Shown in pieces: positions 29,579 through 38,623 of a stretch of 64,000 bases of DNA. Every line of letters starts with the position of its first letter. Position 1 is the first letter of the stretch. The notes under the pieces are model-generated. The model had not been told where the DNA came from. It saw only the letters and a program-made list of their open reading frames with translations, and did no database searches. Both the position numbers and the translations under genes were made by a program. This DNA is from a virus. Lineage: Duplodnaviria; Heunggongvirae; Uroviricota; Caudoviricetes. The DNA lies in the IMG/VR virus record IMGVR_UViG_3300020050_013619, positions 1 through 64,000 of that record; one strand, 5' to 3'.

Positions 29579-30118
29579 ATGAAAAAGTGTATTTTTCGCT
29601 CAATGCTCGCAATGCTTACAATGATGTTGTTCTCATCACTCACAGCACAAATTCCGAAAGAAACGTCTTGGAAAGTCAAGGCGGTTAAAGTGGTCAACCA
29701 CGACAGACAGTCAAACGTCTTGGACACGCTGACGGCGTTTCCGTTAAGCACGGCATTTCCCAATGTAGAGCTTGTCTCAAAGGCTGCATCCGACAGTGTC
29801 AATGTCTGCTTGCAAACCTTTACGCTGCCCAATTTGAGCAAATCGGCTGATTTCAATATCTTATGCTCCACCTTCAGCTACCAAAGTTCGGACAGTATTT
29901 TTACTGCTGCCATTGGTCGGGTGTTGTTTAAGTCCAGCAGTTCGGCACGTAAAATATTTACAACGGCTGTCACGGGCGCAAATAAGACTTACGCCGTGTA
30001 TTCCGCAACCAAAGCCATTACGACGCTGTACGCAGGTTATATTGTTCGACTGCATTACATCGCCACCACGCCCACGACAGGAACATGGTACATCAGTGAG
30101 CCAATTGCGATTCGATAA
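29579..30118 (+). CDS. secreted protein (179 aa)
   Basis: MKKCIFRSMLAMLTMMLFSSLTAQ signal peptide. Confidence 0.45.
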   Translation: MKKCIFRSMLAMLTMMLFSSLTAQIPKETSWKVKAVKVVNHDRQSNVLDTLTAFPLSTAFPNVELVSKAASDSVNVCLQTFTLPNLSKSADFNILCSTFSYQSSDSIFTAAIGRVLFKSSSSARKIFTTAVTGANKTYAVYSATKAITTLYAGYIVRLHYIATTPTTGTWYISEPIAIR

Positions 30119-30236
30119 AGCTTTAATAAAAAAGCCTTGTTATTTGCAAATGCAGCGCAAAATATCTTAATTGCTATTGTTAAAATAGTATTATCAACAG
30201 AGGCTTCACTAAGCCTTTAATCAACGGAATATCAAA

Positions 30237-31742
30237 ATGAGCGGTTTAGCGAAAGCAAAAATAACAATAACAGATAGTTCTGTCGTAAACACCAATGGTG
30301 CAAAAGGTATTTGCGCTGTATTGGGCATCACCGAACGTGGTCGGGTCAATCAACCTGTCTTGGTGTCGAGCTGGTTTGAGTACCAACGTGAATTTGGTGG
30401 ACTCATCAGTTCATCAGACTTTCCTTTGCTCTGTAAACGTGCTTTGGACGGTGGCGCAAAACTCTATGTCAGTCGAGTGGCGCACTACACAGACATCGCC
30501 GATGCCAGCACACTGACAGGCGTGAGAGCGACAAGCTCAACCTTGTTTCGCGCCAAAAATCTTGGCACGTGGGGCAATGGCTTGACCGTCACAACCACCA
30601 CCAATGCGCTTGATTCGGCAAAATTGGACATTAAAATTGCCCTTGCTGGCTACGCATCATTCACGCAGACCATTACAGGCATCACAGCCGTTTTGACGGC
30701 TGATGATATTGCGCGATTCAACGCATCGTCTTATTTTGTTGATATTATCGCTGCGGCTGCAACGGAGCTTGATACGGATACCTCATACACCTTTTCATCA
30801 GGTACGGCAACGGGTAGTTTTGCCAATTCGGATTTTATTGGCAATGCCTCAACAGGTACAGGCTTGTACGCCTTTGACCAAATTACGGACGCTTGGTACA
30901 TCGCTGTACCCGAAAAAGCTGTCAACGCTATTGATTTGGCAACTGTTGCTTATGCCGATGCACGTGGCGACATGCGTCCAATCCTTCGTACACCTGTTGG
31001 TTTGACGAAATCGGGCGTTTTGGCTTACCGCAATGCCACAGGCTCGTATTCAGGTACGGCGGTCAACTCATGGCGAGCGATGATGTTTACAGGTGGTTTG
31101 AAGGTCCAGCATCCAACGACCAACGCAACGATTGACATCACTGAAATTGCAGACGTGATTGCCCGTATTTCGGTCAAAGACAATGTCGGTAACCCATGGG
31201 ATGCTTTCAGCGGATCAACCAATGGTAAGATACCAAACACCATCGGCGTTGTTGTCAACTACGGCAGTCCAGCCTTAGAAAGTGATGCGGCGGTTATCAT
31301 TGCATCGGGTGTCAATCCTGTTATCAATCATCCGACATTCCGCACCGTTATTTGGGGTAATCGCTCAATGTCGCTCGATACGGCAAAGATGCTTTTTTAT
31401 GCGCACGTCGGTGATATTGTCATGCACCTGCAACGTTTTATCAAACCCATCGCTGGTGCGGCTTTGTTTTCGCCAAACGATGTTGAGACGTGGAAAGGCT
31501 TGTACAATGCCATTATGCCCGAATTGGAAAACTTGATTTCGCAACGGGCTATCCGCAAATACGAATACTACGGCGACCAATTCGTTGACAAATACGAGGA
31601 CGTGTCAGTGAACAATATTGCTGATTTGGATGAGGGTAAATATGTTGCCATCATTCGCATCTATCCAACGTCAAAATTGGAATACCTTGATGTGAAACTC
31701 GACATCATCAACGGTGCCGTGTCGCTTGAAGTTCAAAACTAA
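30237..31742 (+). CDS. putative contractile tail sheath protein
   Basis: 501 aa, immediately upstream of the tube gene; leader motif upstream. Confidence 0.5.
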   Translation: MSGLAKAKITITDSSVVNTNGAKGICAVLGITERGRVNQPVLVSSWFEYQREFGGLISSSDFPLLCKRALDGGAKLYVSRVAHYTDIADASTLTGVRATSSTLFRAKNLGTWGNGLTVTTTTNALDSAKLDIKIALAGYASFTQTITGITAVLTADDIARFNASSYFVDIIAAAATELDTDTSYTFSSGTATGSFANSDFIGNASTGTGLYAFDQITDAWYIAVPEKAVNAIDLATVAYADARGDMRPILRTPVGLTKSGVLAYRNATGSYSGTAVNSWRAMMFTGGLKVQHPTTNATIDITEIADVIARISVKDNVGNPWDAFSGSTNGKIPNTIGVVVNYGSPALESDAAVIIASGVNPVINHPTFRTVIWGNRSMSLDTAKMLFYAHVGDIVMHLQRFIKPIAGAALFSPNDVETWKGLYNAIMPELENLISQRAIRKYEYYGDQFVDKYEDVSVNNIADLDEGKYVAIIRIYPTSKLEYLDVKLDIINGAVSLEVQN

Positions 31743-31773
31743 TCATTCACCTTTTTAAATTCAGTTCTACAAA

Positions 31774-32211
31774 ATGTCACAATTAGGAGATACTAAAAAA
31801 AGTTTCCGATTCGCCATTGATTTGAACGGCGTTCAACAAATGTCGGTACAAAAGGTGAGTGGATTAGAGGCAGAAATTGAACCTGTTGCTCACGGCGAGG
31901 GCGATTCAGATGTGTTTACGCCAGGTCGTACCAAGTTTGGTAAAGTTACATTGGAGCGTGTGCAGACTGTATTTGGCACAGATAACAGCATGTGGCTTTG
32001 GTTGCAATCCGCAAGAGTTATTGGCTCACGTGCAAAAAAAACATTTACAGTTCGTCAGCTTAGTGCGGATGGCATTACATCGGTTGCCATTTGGCAGATA
32101 TTGGATGCGTTTCCGACGAAAGTATCGCAAGGCGAAAATGTGCGTACATCATCAGACAACGTCATGGAAACGGTCGAATTGTCGGTTGATAAAATTGTTA
32201 GGTTGTTGTAA
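31774..32211 (+). CDS. tail tube protein
   Basis: 145 aa; FRFAIDLNG...VSGLEAEIEPV...PGRTKFGKVTLERV...WLW resembles the conserved contractile-tail tube family. Confidence 0.6.
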   Translation: MSQLGDTKKSFRFAIDLNGVQQMSVQKVSGLEAEIEPVAHGEGDSDVFTPGRTKFGKVTLERVQTVFGTDNSMWLWLQSARVIGSRAKKTFTVRQLSADGITSVAIWQILDAFPTKVSQGENVRTSSDNVMETVELSVDKIVRLL

Positions 32212-32242
32212 AAATGTATAATAGTTGGTGACGAAAAAATCT

Positions 32243-32300
32243 CGTCAGAGGGATTTTTTCGATATTTAGAAAGGCTGCCGTCGTGCGGTCTTTCTTTTTT
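32243..32300 (+). terminator. terminator region after the tail tube gene
   Basis: Two hairpins (GACGAAAAAATCTCGTC; GAAAGGCTGCCG...CGGTCTTTC) followed by TTTTTTT. Confidence 0.45.
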
Positions 32301-32345
32301 TGTGATTAAAATTAAATAATTTCAATCACAAAACATAAATTTAAG
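32296..32345 (+). promoter_or_regulatory. candidate promoter for the GroES-like gene
   Basis: TGTGATTAAAATTAAATAA box resembling the early-promoter box; no exact TAnnTTTG match. Confidence 0.3.
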
Positions 32346-32386
32346 CCTATCGAAATTTCTCTATCAATAACAAAAAAAACGTTCTT

Positions 32387-32746
32387 ATGACGGATTCAAC
32401 AATTCCATTCCTTGACCCCTCAGTAGTTGGGGCATTCCAAGACCGCATCATTGTTTTCCCTGACCCAGCAGAAGCAGTTACCAAAGGCGGTATTATCATT
32501 CCCGATACAGCTAAAGAAAAGCCTAAAAAAGGCACAGTCGTATTGATTGGTGACGACGTAACCGAACCGATTAATGTGGGCGATAAAGTTCACTACGGTA
32601 AATATTCGGGGCAAGCCTTTGAAATTAATGGTGTTGAGTACGACGCAATTCGCCCAACCGATGGTGTTATTTATTTGCGCAAAGGCAAAAGTGAGGAGGT
32701 GGCTGTTATCAAGCCCAAAACACAAAAAGCCACTATGACAACGTAG
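32387..32746 (+). CDS. GroES-like co-chaperonin (phage Gp31/CocO-type)
   Basis: FQDRIIVFPD...TKGGIIIPDTAKEKPKKGTVVLIGDDV...VGDKVHYGKYSGQAFEINGVEY matches GroES architecture. Confidence 0.7.
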   Translation: MTDSTIPFLDPSVVGAFQDRIIVFPDPAEAVTKGGIIIPDTAKEKPKKGTVVLIGDDVTEPINVGDKVHYGKYSGQAFEINGVEYDAIRPTDGVIYLRKGKSEEVAVIKPKTQKATMTT

Positions 32747-32802
32747 TGACTTATCCCCCTCAGTATTTACACCATTTTTCACATTTTCAACGGAATATCA
32801 AT

Positions 32803-33651
32803 ATGACCAGAGTTTTTAAATTGCCAAGTGGCGTTGAGGCAGAGGTTGACGAAATGATAACCAAACACCAACGCCTTATGACCGAACAAAAAGGTGGCAC
32901 AGGCATAGACCGTCTCAATGCCTTGGTTGAAAGCCTGCTTGTTCGTGTCGGTTCATTGCATCTCAATACTTTGTCAAAAGAAGAAAAAACACAGATTGTT
33001 CTCGACCTTGCTTCGCGCGACAAACGAGAAATCCTTGTTCAGATTCGACAGTACACGCTGGATGACGACAAAACGATGTCCATGCAGTACAAATACAAAT
33101 CGAGGAAAGCAGGCGATGAATACGGCATGGAGAAAACGGCAGACGTTAGTGGTACGCTTTATTTTGAATACGGACGCTACCAAGTGCCGACAGATAAGAC
33201 AGACGCATTGGGCTATCCTATTTATAAGGACATGGAAGCCAATGAGTATAAAGATGTCCAAAAAGATTTTATTGTCACATTGCCAAAATCGCAAATGAAG
33301 GTGCGCTTTTCCATCCTTGATGGTCATGGCGAAAAGAGAGCTTCGCTTTTAAAGCGTGATGATATTTCCTCCAATTCAGTTATCGAAATTCGCAATCCTG
33401 TTTATTTGGTCACGACAAACAAACAAGGCGAAAAACTCAAAGAGCCTGTTTGGATTAAGCTGGACATTGACAAACTCAAAATCAAAGACACGGAATTTTT
33501 GCGCAAAGTGATAAAAAGTGTCGAGGGTGTGTCCGTAACGAACTTCACTTTTCAGCATCCCGAAGCAAGTATTTTGGACGAGGATAGCCAATATGTCACC
33601 ATTGATGCGCTCGGTGAACACGCTTTTTTCTTCCCGTCGGGAGTGATTTAA
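32803..33651 (+). CDS. hypothetical protein (282 aa; start adjusted to the ATG after the leader motif)
   Basis: TTCAACGGAATATCAAT immediately precedes ATG 32803, in frame with track ORF 32746..33651. Confidence 0.45.
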   Translation: MTRVFKLPSGVEAEVDEMITKHQRLMTEQKGGTGIDRLNALVESLLVRVGSLHLNTLSKEEKTQIVLDLASRDKREILVQIRQYTLDDDKTMSMQYKYKSRKAGDEYGMEKTADVSGTLYFEYGRYQVPTDKTDALGYPIYKDMEANEYKDVQKDFIVTLPKSQMKVRFSILDGHGEKRASLLKRDDISSNSVIEIRNPVYLVTTNKQGEKLKEPVWIKLDIDKLKIKDTEFLRKVIKSVEGVSVTNFTFQHPEASILDEDSQYVTIDALGEHAFFFPSGVI

Positions 33652-33912
33652 ACATTCTGGACGCTCCACTTGATGCCCAATGGGTGTATCTGGTCACAGG
33701 CGGGTTATCATCACTTTCATTGACAGAGTTTGAGCATTTATCTATTCAGAGGCGCATCAATTTATTGACTTGGATTGATGCGATGGAGAAGAAAAACGCC
33801 AAATATGTCGAAGACATCAAGGCAGGCAATAAACCTTGAGTGCATTGTGTGTCTTGATTTTTTGTTTTATATTGAAAATATTTTCTGTAACTTATCAACA
33901 CAAAAATCAGAA

Positions 33913-34470
33913 ATGATCCTTACGGCAAATCAGATTTTTCACAGATTGAGCAAAGGCGAAATCGTTATCAAGCCTTATCACGCTAAGAAATTACAGCCCA
34001 ATGGCTACGACCTACACCTGCACCCAACGGTTTTAGTACCACGTGTCAAAGGTGAGTGGGACGTAAAGAAGCCAATGGAATACGATAAATTCGAGATTGG
34101 TGAAGATGGATTTTTGCTTTTACCTGGCATACTTTACATCATGTCCACCTTAGAATACACCGAATCGCATACGTGCATTCCAGTCATCGAGGGAAAATCA
34201 AGCTTGGCGCGCAACGGCATATCTGTACACCAAACAGCGGGCTTTGGCGAGATTGGTTTTTGTGGCAATTGGACATTGGAGGTCAGTGTAATTTATCCGA
34301 CGCGTATTTATGCACGGATGCCCATTGCGCAAATCATCTACCATGAACCATGTGGTACGTATGATACAGTTTATGGTCAACACGGCAATCATTACCAAGG
34401 GCAAATTGAGCCAACACCAACCGCTTTGTGGAAAGGTTTTGAGAATAAGATTTTACCTTTAGAAGAATAA
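33913..34470 (+). CDS. dcd: dCTP deaminase (Dcd/dUTPase superfamily)
   Basis: MILTANQIFHRLSKGEIVIKPY...NGYDLHL and GKSSLARNGISVHQTAGFGEIGFCGNWTLEV match Dcd; start adjusted to the internal ATG that matches the Dcd N-terminus. Confidence 0.65.
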   Translation: MILTANQIFHRLSKGEIVIKPYHAKKLQPNGYDLHLHPTVLVPRVKGEWDVKKPMEYDKFEIGEDGFLLLPGILYIMSTLEYTESHTCIPVIEGKSSLARNGISVHQTAGFGEIGFCGNWTLEVSVIYPTRIYARMPIAQIIYHEPCGTYDTVYGQHGNHYQGQIEPTPTALWKGFENKILPLEE

Positions 34471-34477
34471 AACAGTC

Positions 34478-34957
34478 ATGGCAACATTCAGCACAACCGA
34501 AGAGCTTTTGTATCTCGTCAATGTCCAAACGCCAAGTGAGCGGGTCAAGATTCAGTTCTTTCCCAACGAGCTTCCCTTTGAGCGTATGCCAAAGGTGAAC
34601 GATATTGACATCATTGGGCGTAACAATCCATTGAACCACTATACAGGCGGTGCAACATCTTTTAATTTGACGCTCGATTTTTACGGTGAGAGCGACGATT
34701 TAAAAGATGTGATGCAGCGCATTAATATGGTGTTATCGTGGACGTACAATGAGAAAGGCAAAGGCATTCCAACGATAAAAGTTATTTGGGGTGATTTGTT
34801 CAAAGACGAAGTATGGGTCATTAAAAAGTGTAGTTATCGCCTATTGCAATTTGATAAACGCAATGCGGCAATGCCACGACAAGCCTACATGGATTTGACC
34901 TTTTCGCTGGATACCAATAATGATAAAAAAGCGGGGGATATTCGGGAACGGTACTGA
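34478..34957 (+). CDS. hypothetical protein (159 aa), possibly tail-associated
   Basis: ORF only. Confidence 0.4.
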   Translation: MATFSTTEELLYLVNVQTPSERVKIQFFPNELPFERMPKVNDIDIIGRNNPLNHYTGGATSFNLTLDFYGESDDLKDVMQRINMVLSWTYNEKGKGIPTIKVIWGDLFKDEVWVIKKCSYRLLQFDKRNAAMPRQAYMDLTFSLDTNNDKKAGDIRERY

Positions 34958-34985
34958 GGGGTGTTTTTTGGGGATGAAAAAAGCC

Positions 34986-35023
34986 GTGTCATTGAGTTGG
35001 CACGGCTTTTTTATTGCAGACAG
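34986..35023. terminator. bidirectional terminator
   Basis: AAAAAGCCGTGTC...GGCACGGCTTTTTT between convergent genes. Confidence 0.6.
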
Positions 35024-35040
35024 AAGCATAATTGTTCGCC

Positions 35041-35265
35041 TCAATCAACCATTTTAATAACAAACATTCTCAAATAAGAACGGAGTTTTTTAAATAATTC
35101 ATTCAAGGCTTCGGCTTCTTGCTCGGTAAAATGTATAGCATCCGTTTTTTCACGACAAAAGCTATATTCTAAAGAATCATTCCAACCCAAATAATCTAAA
35201 TACTCGAATTGACCAGAATCATGGTTATCGTACATGATAACGTATTTATTTTCGCTATTTTCCAT
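35041..35265 (-). CDS. hypothetical small protein (74 aa)
   Basis: ORF in the minus-strand early island. Confidence 0.35.
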   Translation of the reverse strand: MENSENKYVIMYDNHDSGQFEYLDYLGWNDSLEYSFCREKTDAIHFTEQEAEALNELFKKLRSYLRMFVIKMVD

Positions 35266-35313
35266 TTATCTATTTTTTAGGTGTGATTAAAGGTGAATAA
35301 TACCCCAATTTGT

Positions 35314-35553
35314 CTAATAAATAATAGTTTTAAACTTACCACATTTTTCACAGCAAAAGACTTCTGTAACTTTTGTTATTTCATAAAACTCAACAGGAAC
35401 GTTTTTAGCAAATAAAAATGTTTGATTGTATTCTGCTTTAGGCATTGCTACACGCTTGATTTTATCTTCAACTTTTCGGATTGAGTTGAACTTGTGTCGG
35501 CAAAATAATTGTGCTATTCCCATTTTATACTGAGTGGTTTTTAGATGATTCAT
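35314..35553 (-). CDS. hypothetical small protein with CxxC motif (79 aa)
   Basis: CCEKCGK. Confidence 0.35.
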   Translation of the reverse strand: MNHLKTTQYKMGIAQLFCRHKFNSIRKVEDKIKRVAMPKAEYNQTFLFAKNVPVEFYEITKVTEVFCCEKCGKFKTIIY

Positions 35554-35881
35554 AAACTTCGGTGACTTCTAATCCCCCAAAAATCTGATTGACAAATTGC
35601 TCAAAAGTCAAATTAACCAAATAGGTTTTCGTGGATTTGTCTTTAAAAAATTTGACCAAACAAACCTCAATAGCATTTTGAGTGAATCTTTCGATAGACA
35701 GTTCGTAGCGCAAAACCATGTCCTTTTCGTCGTTCGGATATGGCAAACTACCGCGTGACATCGCCGACAATTCGGCTATGATATTGGTTTTAAATCGCTG
35801 CATAGACACACCTTGGTAGGCATATCGTTGAACGCCTATCGGAATCATTTTGACTATCTTTTCTTGCTCTACTGTCATCAT
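35525..35881 (-). CDS. hypothetical protein (118 aa)
   Basis: ORF only. Confidence 0.4.
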   Translation of the reverse strand: MMTVEQEKIVKMIPIGVQRYAYQGVSMQRFKTNIIAELSAMSRGSLPYPNDEKDMVLRYELSIERFTQNAIEVCLVKFFKDKSTKTYLVNLTFEQFVNQIFGGLEVTEVYESSKNHSV

Positions 35882-35922
35882 GTCGCTATTAGGTTTGAAA
35901 TACGGTTTTGTACTAAGTGCTA

Positions 35923-36177
35923 TTATTCAAAATAGAAAACACGGACATCGCCAGTTTCATTTCTGCCATCAACAATACTTTGTAATTCCTGCTTTATTTC
36001 TGATATAATCTTCACTTTGGTTTCAATAAATTCAGCTTCTTTATTGAAATTATGCTCTCTTAAAAAGCGTAATTTACTAAGCATTTCATTTTCTTTTTTT
36101 GATAAACAGGCTAAAAACTTAGTTATTTTTTCCATCGTTGATTTTATTTTAAGACTTAAACTTCGGCAAAATACCAA
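35923..36177 (-). CDS. hypothetical small protein (84 aa)
   Basis: ORF only. Confidence 0.35.
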   Translation of the reverse strand: MVFCRSLSLKIKSTMEKITKFLACLSKKENEMLSKLRFLREHNFNKEAEFIETKVKIISEIKQELQSIVDGRNETGDVRVFYFE

Positions 36178-36553
36178 GATAAAAATACCGATTTTCTATT
36201 TGATTGAATGTCATGTAAAAGTCCACTTTTTTGAAGTTACCTTTCATTGAATCTTCTTGATATTCACAATCACCGCCTTGCAAAAGTCCTTTGTTTAAGT
36301 ACGCTGGAACTCTGCAATCCCGAACATAGTCAATTAGGTGCTCATCAACTTCGCAGGGATATTTAAGGTATTTATCTAAATCCAATCCCGAATCTTCCCA
36401 ACCTTGACGGGTTTTAATCGTATTTTTCACCGTTTGGGCAAAGTCGCAAAGCGAGCCAAAATCGACAACAATCTTGTCATTTTCTTTGATTTCAGCAGGC
36501 AAGCCAAAATACTTTTCAGTCACCAATTCGTATTCGCATCTTTCAAGTGCCAT
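36149..36553 (-). CDS. hypothetical protein (134 aa)
   Basis: ORF only. Confidence 0.45.
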   Translation of the reverse strand: MALERCEYELVTEKYFGLPAEIKENDKIVVDFGSLCDFAQTVKNTIKTRQGWEDSGLDLDKYLKYPCEVDEHLIDYVRDCRVPAYLNKGLLQGGDCEYQEDSMKGNFKKVDFYMTFNQIENRYFYLGILPKFKS

Positions 36554-36612
36554 AATAGTTGATTTTAGAAATTATAAAATATTTTATTGATTGCGATAAC
36601 TGCTAAGCTAAA

Positions 36613-36861
36613 TCACGCAAACCACAACAGAATCATTGCGATGATAATTCCCGCTATTGCACGTTTGATTTTGACTTGTTTTTCTACGTGCTTTTTGTGG
36701 CGTGGCGAATAGTCGTAAAATTCGCCGCTAATTTTGATGTTATTTCTCATTTTTATAAAGTTTTTTATACTGTTCAATGCCAAATACAAGTGCAAAAAGT
36801 GGTGTAAATGCCGTACCAAATGCCTGTTTATTGATGTAGCAGTGGTACGAATAATCCTCAC
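36613..36861 (-). CDS. small membrane protein (probably starts at the internal Met near 36750)
   Basis: C-terminal TM segment AIAGIIIAMILLWFA; the track ORF overlaps 36740..37006, so the shorter start is more plausible. Confidence 0.3.
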   Translation of the reverse strand: MRIIRTTATSINRHLVRHLHHFLHLYLALNSIKNFIKMRNNIKISGEFYDYSPRHKKHVEKQVKIKRAIAGIIIAMILLWFA

Positions 36862-37006
36862 CTCTGATTATTTGAATGTCCTTGTCTTTTTGGAAATCCA
36901 TGATGTCAGAAAGATTGAAGTTCTTTTTGACATATTTATTCTCGGATTCAATCGCTTTGTCCATCTGATTGTTTTTCATAATCAATATCTTTAATCCTTT
37001 GCTCAA
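36740..37006 (-). CDS. hypothetical small protein (probably starts at the internal Met MKNNQMDK)
   Basis: ORF; its 5' overlap with 36948..37235 argues for the internal start. Confidence 0.3.
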   Translation of the reverse strand: MSKGLKILIMKNNQMDKAIESENKYVKKNFNLSDIMDFQKDKDIQIIRGEDYSYHCYINKQAFGTAFTPLFALVFGIEQYKKLYKNEK

Positions 37007-37235
37007 AATCTCTCAAAATTGCAACCAAGTCATCCGATGAACCAACCGCAAACCGATTCGTTTCAATGACGATGTAATAATCTTTTTCATCGTCCTTGTC
37101 GTTTTTGTCGTACAAATGAAGGAGCGCGGGCTGCGCCGTAACTGTTAATGTCTGCATTATTTGCCTTTCATCGCTGTCATCGGGCTCTATGAGGTATTCT
37201 ATCGTCACCTTTCCAATTTTTATGCTTTTATCCAT
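36948..37235 (-). CDS. hypothetical small acidic protein (95 aa)
   Basis: ORF only. Confidence 0.35.
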   Translation of the reverse strand: MDKSIKIGKVTIEYLIEPDDSDERQIMQTLTVTAQPALLHLYDKNDKDDEKDYYIVIETNRFAVGSSDDLVAILRDFEQRIKDIDYEKQSDGQSD

Positions 37236-37236
37236 C

Positions 37237-37614
37237 TTAGTTATCTAAATCCGTTTGTGAAATAATAGACGTATCACCGTGTTCTGTACCTGTAATCTCA
37301 TCAATCATTTCAGAACCATTGATGAGATTCATAGCCAATTGTGCATTTACTTCGGATAGCAGTCGAAACATATTTGACGTGGCAGTAAGTTTGTGTTCTA
37401 ACAACCGCTTATTGCCGTTGAAATCTTTTTGTAGATTTGCTTTGAATCTTATGTTCTCATTTTCAATCTTCGCAATTGAATACGATGGATTGATTTTGAG
37501 TAGGAATTCAGCGAACCCCTCAGTATGAAGTACAACCGTTCCAGCGACATCTTCTCTATCGAGTATGGCTTTGATTTCGGCTAAAATGCGTTTTAGTTTT
37601 GGACTGTATTGCAT
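37237..37614 (-). CDS. hypothetical protein (125 aa)
   Basis: ORF only. Confidence 0.4.
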   Translation of the reverse strand: MQYSPKLKRILAEIKAILDREDVAGTVVLHTEGFAEFLLKINPSYSIAKIENENIRFKANLQKDFNGNKRLLEHKLTATSNMFRLLSEVNAQLAMNLINGSEMIDEITGTEHGDTSIISQTDLDN

Positions 37615-37630
37615 GGTTTTTTATTATTTT

Positions 37631-38482
37631 TCAAATTATACAAGCACAGGGCTTCGGTACTTCACCAACTTTTAACCCATACTTCTTTTTTAATATTGTC
37701 ACAAATTTTTGTGCGCTTTGGTGTTCCGTTGCCTCTATTCCGTCTTGCTGCATTTGCTCAAAATAATGAGCGAGTTCAAAAAGGAATAAATTACTTGTTT
37801 CTTTATCGGTTGTTACTCGATTGACTGAATAATCCAAGTCTATTTCTAATTGTGAGGCTTCATTAAATCCTTCTCTATCATGTACAAAAGTCACGTACCA
37901 ATGGAGAATACCTCCTTTTAAACAACCTGTACAATTTGCGTGTTTCCACACTGAATATGTTAGAGGGGGTTCTATACCTATCTCACGAGTGCTGTAAATT
38001 GTTCTTTCTTTCCAAAATGCAAGCGGATAATCCGATTTATAGCCCATTCCAGATAAAATACCTACACGCCTTTTTATACGAGCTTTCTCAACTAAATCAA
38101 ACCCATAATAGACTGTCACCTGCTCACCAAACAGAGTATTAAAGTTATTGATTCTCAAATACTTGTCAAATGGTTCAGTTTTTAGTTTTGCCGTACAAAT
38201 AGCGTTACCATCTTGTGATGTAATAGCCCCCGCCTCACGACAAACATCAAATTGATTGGGTATATCATCGCCTATTAATCCTTTATGATTCTGAAATGTT
38301 ATGTCAATTCCTAAATATCTTGCCACCTCTTTTTTAAATCTCTTAATGTCGGCGTTTTCTTTTTTAGGATTTATGTCATGGTTCAGAAGAATAACATTTT
38401 CCTTTCCAAACCTGCGCGTTACCTCTATTGCAACCAACGCGGATGAGTGCCCCCCCCCCGAATAACAAACTAAATGTTTCAT
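37631..38482 (-). CDS. PP-loop ATP-pyrophosphatase family protein (PAPS-reductase/QueC-like)
   Basis: N-terminal VCYSGGGHSS resembles the PP-loop SGGxDS (His replaces Asp); C-terminal Cys pairs CTGC and CAC; first gene after a minus-strand early promoter. Confidence 0.5.
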   Translation of the reverse strand: MKHLVCYSGGGHSSALVAIEVTRRFGKENVILLNHDINPKKENADIKRFKKEVARYLGIDITFQNHKGLIGDDIPNQFDVCREAGAITSQDGNAICTAKLKTEPFDKYLRINNFNTLFGEQVTVYYGFDLVEKARIKRRVGILSGMGYKSDYPLAFWKERTIYSTREIGIEPPLTYSVWKHANCTGCLKGGILHWYVTFVHDREGFNEASQLEIDLDYSVNRVTTDKETSNLFLFELAHYFEQMQQDGIEATEHQSAQKFVTILKKKYGLKVGEVPKPCACII

Positions 38483-38496
38483 GTTTTTAACTTATG

Positions 38497-38575
38497 TTAC
38501 TTGATACTCCGTTGAATTATTTTCACAAAGGTAATTTTAAATAAATACAATCACAAATTTAACACACAGAAAAAT
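38497..38575 (-). promoter_or_regulatory. early promoter (minus strand) for the 38482..35041 island
   Basis: On the minus strand: GTTAAATTTGTGATTGTATTTATTTAAAA ... TTCAACGGAGTATCA ... ATG. Confidence 0.5.
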
Positions 38576-38623
38576 TAAAAAATCTGTAAATTGGCTTAAA
38601 TTAAATTTTACTGTCAATAGGGG

